Positions 46,224 through 63,879 of a DNA stretch of 64,000 bases are shown in pieces. The notes below the pieces were generated by a model. It did not search any database, was not told where the DNA came from, and was given only the letters and a program-made list of their open reading frames with translations. Numbering within the stretch: the stretch's first letter is position 1; every line of letters starts with the position of its first letter. Both the position numbers and the translations under genes were made by a program. Source of the DNA: the human T2T-CHM13v2.0 reference genome, Homo sapiens; assembly GCF_009914755.1 (NCBI RefSeq), contig NC_060927.1. The stretch is one strand, 5' to 3'.

Positions 46224-48149
46224 AGCCTGAACTTGCCCCTGGTCCCAGTTCCCTTCCCCCTGCCTCCTTTCTTAAAAGTAATGCATATTTGGTTCTCTGA
46301 ATAAGCTGCTTCTGGCCTACTTGTGTACCAACCAAAATAGAAGCTGGGCTTTGTTTAGCTTTCCAACAATGCTAGTTAGGAGGTTTAGATTTCATATTTG
46401 CTCAGCAACTGACTGAGCACTAGACTACAAGCAAAGCTTTTTTGTTTACATAATTTACCAGTCTAGTGGACCAAGGACAGTCATTTTAAATTGAAAATCT
46501 CTAACATCAAGCTGAATTTCAAATTTTTGGATCAGTGAATCAGCTTCAAAAAGAAACAGTTTCATAATGTTTAGCTATGGTATGATATTATGTCTACCCT
46601 GAAAGCAATAACATTTGTAACATTTCTCCTTGAAATGTTTGTCCTTGCCTGCAATTCTTGCTAATTCTGCAGAGAACTGGCAGAAGTCTTACCATTAAGG
46701 TACATATATAGGGAGTTATTTTTCACACAAAAAAAGGAGGGCAGGGTTGAGATTTCAGCAGCGTTAGTATAAATAAATTTTAGAACTGGTCATTTTACAA
46801 AGATCTACAGCGTCCTCCTTATGGACAGGCATTACACTTTTTCCCTAAGGAAGTTTATACTCCAGTAGGCACAAAACGTACATAAAAATAACTTAATCCA
46901 AGTTATAAGACTGACTGCTTAATTTACTGAGAAAGTCTTAGAATTAAGTTAGAATATGCAGCTATACTAGTAATATATCTCTGATTTAGGGAAATCATCC
47001 ATTGCCTACCAGCATTAAAAATATGGATTTTAGTAAGACAATTTCGGTTAGGTTAAAAGCAAATACTTTCCAACAGAATGGAGATTTTAAATGTAAACAG
47101 AATAGTTTTATGTTGCATTAATAACTTTGTAAAATGCTTTTACGCTTATTACCTCAATAGATGTCCAATACAGCCCTGTAATATTCCACACCTGTTGAAC
47201 AAAATAAGGCCATGGAGTGTTTCGACCACAGAGAGTACAAAAGGAGAAATGGGAAAGCTGAAGTCAAGAGGATCTCCATACAGTGTGCAGGACTCTTTTA
47301 TGAAGCACCTCTGACTCCTTCCAACCCTGGTTGCTATGATGTGGTTGCAAGTCCTGTTTCGTCCAGGGCTTTACAGAAATTGTCCCTACATCATGGTCTG
47401 TAATGCTCCTGCTACCCAGCTGAGGGCTTTGGCCTCTCACTCCCACATTCTGTCCAGTGCTTTCCATTCTTTCTGGGTCCTGAGCCTTCACTCTCTCTCT
47501 GAACCTCGTCGCTCTGCAGCTGGCCACCTTTCTCTAATGATTCTTTGAATCTTTGGCATTCTCCCCAAGACATGATTCTGTATTCATCCCACAGCTTCCC
47601 AGTTTGAAACCACATGTAAGAAGCATGCTCACATGTAAGAGGTATGCACATCCTTGCACCAGAGCTGGAAGGGGAGTGAACAGGAAGAGGCAGTATCAGT
47701 AAGAGAAAGAATTGACAGTGGCAGAGACCAAAGGCAAGTCCCTAAGAGGACCACTAGATTGTACCAGCATTTCTTTTCTCCTACAGATACGAACCCAATA
47801 ATAAAAAACAGAAATTCCATATTTTTTAAAATTATTTTCCATTTAATGAACATGCTTACTTCCTAAAGTAATTTTTTTGGTCCGGATAACTTAATGGAAT
47901 ACAAGAGATTTTTTGTTTTGGAATCTACCTGAAATCAAGCTAAGATTTCTCTGTCTTCATTCACTTGATAAACATTTGTTTGGTATCTTTTATGTGCCAT
48001 GCACTGGGCCAAATGAGAGCTGCAGCAGGTATCATAAATGCTAGGATAGATACATAAAGATAAAGATCTATAAAGGTACAGAAGAGACAACAGAATAACC
48101 TTTTCTATCTGAAGAGCATTGCAAAGGCTTCACAGTGCAACCCGTAATG

Positions 48150-48385
48150 ACAATAGCAGTAAACATGGATTGCACAGTTACTATCTGGAACTCACAGTAA
48201 CAAATGCTGTGTATGTGCTAACTCACTGGATTCTAACAAAAAAAAAAAAACCTCATAGTTAGACATTACTATCTTTTTACTTCAGATGACAAATTAAGGC
48301 AGAAAGAACTTAAGTAAACCAGTTAAGTGGCAAGTAGAGGGGCTGAGATATAAACCTAGGCAGCTGAGATCAGAGTCCACATTCT
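48150..48385 (-). mobile_element. MIR
   Basis: cagatgacaaattaaggcagaaagaacttaagtaa core. Confidence 0.55.
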
Positions 48386-48691
48386 ACAGGGTAGGTACAG
48401 CCTGAGGTTCAGCAAAGGAGCAGGTTTCTGACAGCAGGTGGAGGAAAGTGCATGAGGGAAGGGTGGACAGATAGAGATGAAGTGTGTCCTGGGCAAAGGG
48501 AATAGCATGACAGCCAAAAACAGGATGGTCCATTAAAGGCAGTGAAAGGTTTAAGTGAAAGAGCAAGTTTATTACATAAGTGGAAGAGGCAAAAAGAAGG
48601 TAGCAAAAGATCCAGCTAGAAGAGTAAGCCACAGCGGATCACAGAAGATCATGTTAGTCATGCTGAGTTGCTTGAACATTATCCTTCAGGT

Positions 48692-49025
48692 CAGGGCTGG
48701 CAAACTACAGCCCACAGGCCAACTCTGCCAGCCACCTATATCTGCATAGTCCATAAGCCAAGAACAGTTAGTGGGTTTTTTCAATGGTTGAATCAATCAA
48801 GAGAAGAATATTTCATGATATATGAAAACTGTATGAAATTCAACTTTCAGTTTCCATTAGTAAAATTTTTTTTGGAACACAATCCTGTGTATTCATTTAC
48901 ATACTGTCTGCGTTTGCTTTTATGATATAATGGCAGAGTTAAGTAGCTGTAACAGAGACCATATGGCCTGCAAGACCTAAAATATTTACTATCTAGCCAT
49001 TTACAGAAAAGGTCTGCTGAGCCTT
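48692..49025. mobile_element. MER58B (hAT-Charlie)
   Basis: cagggctggcaaactacagccc...gtaacagagaccatatggcctgcaagacctaaaatatttactatct. Confidence 0.85.
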
Positions 49026-49501
49026 TCTCTAGGTGGCTGGGTGCCATTAAGGGTAAGATTAAGTAAAGCAATGTCATTACCAGATTTATATTTTTTGCAA
49101 AGATTATTCAGGCAACAATAAGGAGAATAAACTGAAAATGAAAAAGGACTGGGAACATGATCAGTTAGCAGATTATGACTAATCTCAAGATGATCAAAGC
49201 AGGAATCCATAGGAAAAAGCAATGATGAGGGGTATTAATGAAGTCATATCAATAGGACTTGATAATCTACTGAATGCATGAGGGGAGAGAAGAGATCTAA
49301 AATGACTCCAGGTACTTGATTTGTCCTACCAGGAGGCCACTACCATGACCACCACCCAGAGCAATAAACAGCACACCACGCAATGTCATTTATTGGAGCT
49401 CCCTGTGCAATGATGCACAGTGCTTAGTGCTTTACCTCTCACTTGATCCTTATTGTGAGGTAGTAATCATTAACCTCATTCTACAATAGAGAAAACCAGC
49501 A

Positions 49502-50311
49502 CTGAACCTTACCCAGGTGGTCTGAAAGCCCCCAGCAAAATCGATGTTCCAATGCCAGAGTCACTAGCAACCCTGCCCTAACAGGAAATGAAAGGGAGCT
49601 GGGATGTGGCTGTTTACACTGTGCCTTTCATGGGATCCTTCTTTCACCTGATGGATGGCCTAATGCCTAATTTTCTGACCCATTACCAGGGATCCTTCAC
49701 ATGGGGAACTTGCTTATACTGGCAGATGTCCTTGTGCTTTTGCCTGACCCATGTCCAGTTTATGATTGCCTGACCATCACTCTGGCTCTGAAAGCCTGAC
49801 ATTGTGTTCTCCCAGGCATCCTGGGGAAAACTCTGCCTGAAGCATCCCCTAGTTCTTCATCTGGAAGGTACAAACTCAGTATACCACCACAACAGGAAAC
49901 AAGATGAAAGAGTTTTATTTACAAATCCTGGGCAAAAAGAGTATAATGAGTCAGGAGGGCAGCCCTCCATCCCTGGGTCACATGAGGCAGGAATGGCGTC
50001 AGACAGAGAAAAAGAAAAATGCATGGCAAGTAGCAGAATATGTAAGAGAATAGCGTGTGGGTCACTTCAAGTTAACAGGCAAATGTCTGCATGGTCCCTT
50101 TAGAGGAAGCAGCAAGAAAGCGGGAGCCCATTCTGCTGTGCAGGAGAGATGCCTCTAGGTTCTCATCTCTGACCACTGGCTTGAGCGATTTGGGTATAGT
50201 GTAGACATGGAAACTGAGTCAAGGGTGACTGAGCCTTGATTTCTGTAGGAAAAGTTAAATTTATGTTAAACATGGATGTCAAGGCAACATAAAATCACAA
50301 GAACTCACCAC
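49502..50311 (-). mobile_element. ERV1-class LTR (MER31/MER67-like), possibly with adjacent internal sequence
   Basis: Right end aggcaacataaaatcacaagaactcaccaca and gtcaagggtgactgagcc match the reverse complement of the recalled LTR start. Confidence 0.6.
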
Positions 50312-51104
50312 ATCAGGTTAACACAGCTAATTTGTTTCAGAGTTTATAACCTTAACTGCTGCAATGTACAGAGGAGAAAGGCATGGTTGGATGAGAAGAG
50401 CAAAGTTGGAAAAGAAGAATAAGAAGAAACTGAGGGAGGAATCTCAGGGCATATCAACACTTAAAGAGTTAGTAGGAAAAATAAAACCTGGTGGTGTCAA
50501 TGTTCACATGATGGAAGACGAAAGAACATCAATGAAGGTGAAATGAAAACGGTCAAAAAGAGTGGGTTAACACTGTACTCATTCTCCTTGCTGTTTAGAT
50601 TTTAGGTTCAGTCCCATTTCCTATAAATGGTACTTTTATTGCATATACTGAGTAACTTTAGTATCCCCAAGCCTATTTTAGGAACTATTTCTAAGATCAG
50701 TCATGATACTAAAGTTACTAAGAAACAAAAATAAGACTGATGATCAACTTGAAACCATTGAAAAGGCTATCTTGTTGACCATGAAAACCTTAAGATGGAT
50801 TATGGATTATCATTCACACTAAAGTTTCATAAGAACCACTAGCCTGTGTTTGTGTGTGTACTTAACAAATCTATAGTTTTGTCCTAATTATAAAAAATAA
50901 TTATTAAGAATTATAATTTTACAACTGTACATATTTATATAAATATATAGAAGCATAAATATATTAATGTTACATTTAGAAAAAATAGAAAAGTATTACA
51001 AATAAAATATAATCCCACTATTCCAAACAAATCAATGAATTTTGATATGTTACTTGTCTTTTTTCTACTTATACATGACATAGGATCAACCCAATCTCTA
51101 AAAT

Positions 51105-51320
51105 AATAGCTACCATTTAGTGAGCATGTACTGTGTCACACTGTGCTATGTGCTTGGACATCCATGCTTCAATTAATGTCTAACAACTCTATGAGGTTAA
51201 GCCCATTTTACAGAGGAAGACACTGAGCCATAGATTGGTGAAGCAATTTGCTCACAGTCACTCAAACAGTAAGTAATTGATCTGAGATTAGAACGGATAT
51301 CTACTTAAGAGCCTGTTAGA
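51105..51320 (-). mobile_element. MIR
   Basis: cccattttacagaggaagacactgag core. Confidence 0.75.
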
Positions 51321-51755
51321 TATATTATATCAGGATAGAGGGTGGGATAAAAAGTTCAAATTCTATTGGGTTTTTAAAAATATATGAAAAACATTTTCCC
51401 ATGTCATTAAATATTCATTTAAAATATTAGTTCTTTTAGATACATAGTTTTCCAACCTGTCATTTATTTAACTAGTCCTCCCTGGATGGTCCCATTTTCC
51501 ATTTTGTACTCCTAGACATAGAAAACAAAATAAACCTAGTGGGGTTTAGAAATCACTTCAAATGGGTTCCAGTCCTCACTCAATTCTCTACCTTTGTATT
51601 CTTGGACAACTTACATAAACTCTGAGTGTTACTTTCATTACATGTATTACCATTGCCTACTTCACTTGGTGACAGTGAGGAGGAAATAAGGTTGTGCCTG
51701 TGAAGCACCCAACACTGTCTGGTCCATAAAAAGCTCTCTCTGTAAACAGATACTA

Positions 51756-52060
51756 GGCTGGGTATGGTGGCTCATGCCTGTAATCTTAGCACTTTGGGAG
51801 GCCGAGGTGGGTGGATTACTTGAGTCCAAGAGTTCAAGACCAGCCTGGACAATATGGCAAAACCTCATCTTTACAAAAAATACAAAAATTAGGTGGTATG
51901 GTGTCACACACCTGAAGTCCCAGCTACTTGGGAGGCTGAGGCAAGAAGATCACTTGAGGCTGGGAGGTTAGGGCTGCAGCGAGCCATGATCCTGCCACTG
52001 CACTCTAGCCTGGTCGACAGAGCAAGACTCTGTCTCAAAAGAAAAAAAAAAAAGAAAAGA
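51756..52060 (+). mobile_element. AluJ-like
   Basis: Alu dimer with A tail. Confidence 0.9.
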
Positions 52061-52104
52061 AGAGAAGAGAGGAGAAAATAGCTGTCTTTACTATTTTTAT
52101 TGTT

Positions 52105-52292
52105 GTTTTTTTTTAATTATTATTATACTTTAAGTTTTAGGGTACATGTGCACAATGTGCAGGTTAGTTACATATGTATACATGTGCCATGCTGGTGCGC
52201 TGCACCCATTAACTCGTCATTTAGCATTAGGTATATCTCCTAATGCTATCCCTCCCCCGTCCCCCCACCCCACAACAGTCCCCAGAGTGTGA
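52105..52292 (-). mobile_element. 5'-truncated L1PA3-like 3' end (~190 bp)
   Basis: tatactttaagttttagggtacatgtgcac...cccattaactcgtcatttagc. Confidence 0.9.
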
Positions 52293-52444
52293 TTGTTTTA
52301 AATAACATTTTAATGGGCATTCTTGTATATAAACATTTGTGAATATCTTTTACTATTTTCTTAGGATATATTTCGAACAGTGGAATTAAAGATGTTTAAT
52401 ATATACCGACAGTGTGCTCATCACAAAGGACACACTAATCTGAA

Positions 52445-53585
52445 CCTTTATTTATTAATCTTAATTTTAAAATGTATATATTGTGTACAACATGTCAAAA
52501 TGTTTGGAAATATGTATACATCATGGAATGGCTAAATCAAGCTCATTAATATATACATTATCTTCTTGTGGTGAGAATACTTAAAATCTACTCTCACCAA
52601 TTTTCAAAAATATAACACATTGCTATTAACTGTAGTCACCAGGTTGGACATTACATCCTAACTGAAATTTTTTAGCTTTTGACCAGCATCTCCCCAACCT
52701 TCTACCTCCTTCCCTCACCCCTCAGTAACCACCAGTCTCCTCTCTACTTCTGAGTCAAAATTTTTACATTCCACATATAAGTGAGATGATGCAGTATTTG
52801 TCTTTTTGTGCCTCATTTATTTGACTTAATATAACATCCTCCAGGTCCATCCATATTGCCACCAATGACAGGATTTCTTTGTTTTTTAAAGGCTGAATAG
52901 TATTCTATTGTGTATATCTACCACATTTTCTTTATTCGTTCATCTATTGATGGACATAGGTTGATTCCATATTTTGGCTATTGTGAATAATGCTGAAATG
53001 AACATGGGAGTGCAATATCTCTTTCAGATAGTGATTTCAATCTCTTTGGATAAATATTCGGTAGTGGCATTGCTGGAACACATGGCAGCTATAGTTTTAT
53101 TTTTTGAGGAACCTCTATACTGTTTTCCATAATGGCTGTAACAATTTCCATTCCTGTCAACAATGTGTAAGAGTTCCCTTTTCTCCACACCTTCTCCAAT
53201 CCTTGTTATCTTTCATTTTTCGGATCATAGCCATTCTAACAGGTGTGAAGTGATTGCTTATTGTGGTTTTAATCTGCATTTCCCTGATGATTAGTAATAG
53301 TGAGCATTTCTTCATAGATCTGTTGGTTATCTGGGTATCTTCTTTTGAGAAACGTCCATTCAGATCCTTTGCCCATTTTATCATTGGGTTGGTTTCCTAC
53401 TATTGAGTTGTTTGAGTTCCTTATATATGTTGGATATTAACTCCTTATCTGATGTACGGTTTACAAATATTTTCTCCCATTCTGTAAGTTGTCTCTTCAC
53501 TCTATTGTTTCCTTGGCTGTGCAGAAGTTTTCTAGGTTGATGGAATCCCATTTGTCCATTTTTGCTTTTTGTTGCCTTTGCTTTG
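52445..53585 (-). mobile_element. L1MA-like 3' region
   Basis: Minus-strand ORFs [15 protein letters not shown] and [10 protein letters not shown]; L1MA-type 3'UTR. Confidence 0.85.
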
Positions 53586-54926
53586 AGTTCAAAGATATAC
53601 CAATTTAAAAGGCAAACAGTGGTGTACGAAAGTACATATTTCACTAGACTCTCAATAAATGCTATCAAAAAACAAACTCTACCAATTTGTTTTTTAAAAG
53701 TATGTTGTTATCTTAATGAAATTTTCTTTTATTATTAATGAGAGTGATTCTTTTTCATGTTTATTGTTAGGAACAGCCTTTTCATGTCCTTTGTCCATTT
53801 TCCCTTTGGGCCTACTCTCTGTCGGAATTTCAAGATATCTAATAAAACCTGTCCCTAAAAACTGACCATTTGTTTATCCTGTAAACAACTGAGTTGAGCA
53901 GAATTTGTGACTCCAAGCAGAGAGAAGAAATGCACCCCAAAAAATGGTGTATTCTGAAGATACAAAGTGTCACCGAGGCATTGGCATCACTGAAGAACCA
54001 TGACTTCACCGCCTGGGTTTTTTTTCCTATGTAATATGCTATGGCAAAGAATGTTAAGTGATACCACATGTTTGAGATGGTAACAAAAATGTACCAAGCA
54101 AGTCACAGAACATCATTTGAAACTCAGACCACAGTTTAGTCTGGCAGCTCTTGTGCTCTTTAATTACATGGCTAAAGCCACATTTGTATAGCAAACACTG
54201 TAATGTATTCTGGCCAATAACTGTCATCACATAAAATCAGAAGACTCTTGATATGGAAGAAGATTTGCTGTTGAGACATGACAGATGAATTAAGAGTCCA
54301 TGTTTTATGCCTCATGTTACATTCCATTCAGTCAGGCTTCACTTTGTTCTACTTAGTAGACTGCCAGTGGCAGGTGTATGCAATATATTCACAATAATAT
54401 ATTACTTTATTAAGGGAGGATAACATCAAAAAAGAATTCACAGCACAAGTACTTTGTTAATTCTAAAATGGTAAATGACCTTGGCAAATTACCAAAAGAA
54501 AGCGTAAATATTAAAACAGAACCATGATGCCAAAACAGGTCATATATGAATATTATCAAGGAACTGACTCTCTCATACTTCAGAAAGTACACTGATCACA
54601 TCAGGAGATTTTGTGTAGCTATTATTTCCATAATTAGGATACGATCGGCTGATGGTTTTACTGGCTGCAAAAAGCAAATAACAGTTTCTGAATTAGCTGT
54701 ATGATACACAGAGAGACCCAATAACCACATAAACACAAAATATAACGACACCATAGAAATTCTTTGTTGCAAGACAATGTTTCTTGTTGCCACTGTCTTC
54801 AGTGCTGCATATTTTAACATCATCAGAAGCAAAATAAATGTTTGACAAGTTCAAAATACCTGAAAGACATTAACTGATGAGCCAAAAATCAAAGAAGACA
54901 AAAAGAAAAGTTGTAAACTCTAGTCA

Positions 54927-55241
<315 letters not shown>

Positions 55242-56901
55242 ACACGTATCTGTCAAAGTATATATTGCCCACCATTAATATTCTGGTCTAAGGCAACTGT
55301 CATTTTTATACATTATTTAATAAACCAGTAAAATTAAGATGTTAATCTGATATTTTTTCAAAAAATTAGTAATTTGAAGACTATTTCCTTTAAATACTAA
55401 AGATAATGATACCCGTGATGACTGGGTAAAGAAATAGAAAACTGTGTATTATGGTAAATGACAAAGTAGACTGACTGCTTTGAGGCCAGACCTGTGTGTG
55501 TATGAGAAACCAAGCATCCACTGAAGGATATCAATGATTGGATGGCTGATGGCCCATAAAAGCTTGTGATGGTTTGTGTTTTACCTGTGTTAACATAATC
55601 ATCATCTTCTCATGGGCAATGGCGTCCTTATCCTAGCAAATACAAAAGGGAGGTCCCATTTCTATTGGCATACAGGCCACTTACAGCTCTCACCTCCCCC
55701 ACTGGACCAGCTAGGAAAGCTCACTATGCACTCATACATACAAAACTGTAGAAACTCCTTAGAAAGGTAGCTCTATACAAGTGAGTCATTTCTTAAAAAT
55801 GACTGGTGAATTGAGAAGCCTGCCACTGCCTGCTTGGAGCCTAGCTCTGTATTTCCCATCACACTCCGAGAGCCCAGGCAAGACCTCCTGCAATAAAATA
55901 ATTACGGTATTTGAGTGCTACTGTTTTCACAATGCTTTCATGCCATCTCCAAAATGTAGAATGGTCTCTCGTTTTGCCTAGTGTCCCAGGAAGCCTAAGG
56001 CTCTTCCTAGCAAAGAACTGAGGAGGTGACCAGAGACCTGTGGGCTACATCCACTGCCCACCCCTCCTGAGCTCTGTCAAGCTTCAATAGGAAACACACG
56101 GAGAATCACTGCCCCAAATTTTGTCTCAAAATGCTTAAGTCTGAGCAAATAATGAGCAGATAATAAAATATGGCCAAAGGCATAGTGTACCTGAGACTTA
56201 ATCAATATTCTAGATATATATGTAGCAAGGAACCTGGAAGAGACATACTTTAAGCAGAAATTCAAAAAGAAAATGGAAGAATAATCCAACGATATATACA
56301 ACTTTTTTTTAATTGAATTGTTTCTTTTCAATGGTAAAAATAAAAATTTTCAAAATGTGGGAAGATGTCAATTCACTGGAGTGAAGATCAAGAACACTTT
56401 GTCCCTGGAAACTCTCAGAGCTTGCCATCTATTTCCCACGTCTTCAATCTAAAGCTATCCTTCATTCCCATTCATTGTTTGAATCCTGTACTCATCAATA
56501 CAGTTCAAAGCAAATGGTCAAGGCTTTGCTCTAATCACTGCAGTTATAAGATGCATTGAGTTTGATTGAGTTTGACCCGGACCCCAGCCTGAGATTCAGA
56601 CTGCAGCCACTATAAGTCTTTTCCAGTTGATGTGTTGCCTGAGAGGAGACAGGCTGAATACGCAATATCCATTGTCACCCTCCTGTGAAATCTTCTCTGG
56701 GCAAATCAGCCCTGGTGCAGCAGTGGAAGATGGAACACGCACTTTCTAGATGTCAATTATGATATACAACATCTAAGCCATTCAGAAGATAAAATCCTTT
56801 TGCTTCTGAAGATAAGACTGTGCATATTAGTAGGGGCTAAGTTGTCGAGGTAATAAAAAGAAAACAAAAACTATGAGAATCAAGTGGAATAGTTTGCTTC
56901 A

Positions 56902-57090
<189 letters not shown>

Positions 57091-57363
57091 AAACTTTTAA
57101 ATCATAAAAACCACTGGCCCTAAAGCCTGGAAGACCCAGGCTAAAACCCACTTCTAGGAAGAGTTCCAGAGCAGGCTGAGAGACTCAAGCACATGAGTCC
57201 TTCTGTCCAATGTGAAAGAAGTAAATTTAGTAAATTCTGAACATGCTTAAACGATTTATGAGAGGAAATGTAACATATTTTTCCCAATTACCCAAGAAGA
57301 GTAATTGTTTCCTAATAATTGTTTAAAATGCAAGTAAAAAAAAAAAGGAGCTCATAAAAATGA

Positions 57364-57676
<313 letters not shown>

Positions 57677-57909
57677 AATACGTAACAGTTTTTACTCTTT
57701 TTTTTTAATACTTTAAGTTTTAGGGTACATGTGCACAACGTGCAGGTTTGTTACTTATGTATACATGTGCTATGCTGGTGTACTCCACCTATTAACTCGT
57801 CATTTAGCATTAGGTATATCTCCTAATGCTATCCCTCCCTACTCCCCCCACCCCACAACAGTCCCCAGAGAGTGATGTTCCCCTTCCTGCGTCCATGTGT
57901 TCTCATTGT

Positions 57910-61736
<3,827 letters not shown>

Positions 61737-61799
61737 TATGATGTTAGCTGGTTATTTTGCTCGTTAGTTGATGCAGTTTCTTCCTAGTCTCAATGATCT

Positions 61800-62816
61800 T
61801 TACACTTTGGCATGATTTTGCAGCGACTGGTACTGGTTGTTCCTTTCCATGTTTAGTGCTTCCTTCAGGAGCTCTTTTAGGGCAGGCCTGGTGGTGACAA
61901 AACCTGTCAGCATTTGCTTGTCTGTAAAGTGTTTTATTTCTCCTTCACTTATGAAGCTTAGTTTGGCTGGATATGAGATTCTGGGTTGAAAATTCTTTTC
62001 TTTAAGAATGTTGAATATTGGCTCCCACTCTCTTCTGGCTTGTACAGTTTCTGCTGAGAGATCCGCTGTTAGTCTGATGGGCTTCCCTTTGTGGGTAACC
62101 CGACCTTTCTCTATGGCTGCCCTTAACATTTTTTCCTTCATTTCAACTATGGTGAATCTGACAATTATGTGTCTTGGAGTTGCTCTTCTCAAGGAGTATC
62201 TTTGTGGCGTTCTCTGTATTTCCTGAATCTGAATGTTGGCCTGCCTTGCTAGATTAGGGAAGTTCTCCTGGATAATATCCTGAAGAGTGTTTTCCAACTT
62301 GGTTCCGTTCTCCCCGTCACTTTCAGGTACACCAATCAGATACAGATTTGGTCTTTTCACATAGTCCCATATTTCTTGGAGGCTTTGTTCATTTCTTTTT
62401 ATTCATTTTTCTCTAAACTTCCCTTCTCGCTTCATTTCATTCATTTCATCTTCCATCACTGATACCCTTTCTTCCAGTTGATCGCATCGGCTCCTGAGGC
62501 TTCTGCATTCTTCATGTAGTTCTCGAGCCTTGGCTTTCAGCTCCATCAGCTCCTTTAAGCACTTCTCTGTATTGGTTATTCTAGTTATACATTCGTCTAA
62601 ATTTTTTTTAAAGTTTGTAACTTCTTTGCCTTGGGTTTGAATTTTCTCCTGTAGCTCGGAGTAGTTTGATCGTCTGAAGCCTTCTTCTCTCAACTCGTCA
62701 AAGTCATTCTCCATCCAGCTTTGTTCCGTTGCTGGTGAGGAACTGCATTCCTTTGGAGGAGGAGAGGCACTCTGCTTTTTAGAGTTTCCAGTTTTTCTGC
62801 TCTGTTTTTTCCCCAT
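61800..62816 (-). pseudogene. L1 ORF1p, full length with one nonsense codon
   Basis: 1017 nt in one frame, MGKKQSRK...QNHAKV; TGA at 62403-62405. Confidence 0.95.
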
Positions 62817-63852
62817 CTTTGTGGTTTTATCTACTTTTGGTCTTTGATGATGGTGATGTACAGATGGGTTTTTGGTGTGGATGTCCTTCCTGTTTGTTAG
62901 TTTTCCTTCTAACAGACAGGACCCTCAGCTGCAGGTCTGTTGGAGTTTGCTAGAGGTCCACTCCAGACCCTGTTTGCCTGGGTATCAGCAGCGGTGGCTG
63001 CAGAACAGCGGATTTTCGCGAACCACAAATGCTGCTGTCTGATCATTCCTCTGGAAGTTTTGTCTCAGAGGAGTACTGGGCCGTGTGAGGTGTCAGTCTG
63101 CCCCTACTCGGGGGTGCCTCCCAGTTAGGCTGCTTGGGGGTCAGGGGTCAGGGACCCACTTGAGGAGGCAGTCTGCCCGTTCTCAGATCTCCAGCTGCAT
63201 GCTGGAAGAACCACTGCTCTCTTCAAAGCTGTCAGACAGGGACATTTAAGTCTGCAGACGTTACTGCTGTCTTTTTGTTTGTCTGTGCCCTGCCCCCAGG
63301 GGTGGAGCCTACAGAGGCAGGCAGGCCTCCTTGAGCTGTGGTGGGCTCCACCCAGTTTGAGCTTCCCAGCTGCTTTGTTTACCTACGCAAGCCTGAGCAA
63401 TGGCGGGCGCCCCTCCCCCAGCCTCGCTGCCGCCTTGCAGTTTGATCTCAGACTGCTGTGCTAGCAATCAGCGAGACTCCGTGGGCGTAGGACCCTCCGA
63501 GCCAGGTGCAGGATATAATCTCGTGGTGCGCCATTTTTTAAGCCCGTCGCAAAAGCGCAGTATTCTGGTGGGAGTGACCCGATTTTCCAGGTGCCGTCTG
63601 TCACCCCTTTCTTTGACTAGGAGAGGGAACTCCCTGACCCCTTGCGCTTCCCGAGTGAGGCAATGCCTTGCCCTGCTTCAGCTCCCACAAAGTGCGCTGC
63701 TCCCACTGTCCTGCGCCCACTGTCTGGCACTCCCTAGTGAGATGAACCCGGTACCTCAGATGGAAATGCAGAAATCACCGGTCTTCTGTGTCGCTCACGC
63801 TGGGAGCTGTAGACCGGAGCTGTTCCTATTCGGCCATCTTGGCTGCCCTCCC
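62817..63852 (-). promoter_or_regulatory. L1 5'UTR with sense and antisense promoters (long form)
   Basis: 1036 bp; YY1 site ggccatcttgg near 63832-63842; partly CpG-retaining. Confidence 0.85.
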
Positions 63853-63879
63853 CAGTTTTTACTCTTTATCTTAAAGTAA
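63400..63879 (+). CDS. L1 ORF0 (antisense ORF), open and extended to 159 aa
   Basis: MAGAPPPASLPPCSLISDCCASNQRDSVGVGPSEPG is the ORF0 N-terminus; start context gcaATGG; expression unknown. Confidence 0.7.
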   Translation: MAGAPPPASLPPCSLISDCCASNQRDSVGVGPSEPGAGYNLVVRHFLSPSQKRSILVGVTRFSRCRLSPLSLTRRGNSLTPCASRVRQCLALLQLPQSALLPLSCAHCLALPSEMNPVPQMEMQKSPVFCVAHAGSCRPELFLFGHLGCPPQFLLFILK

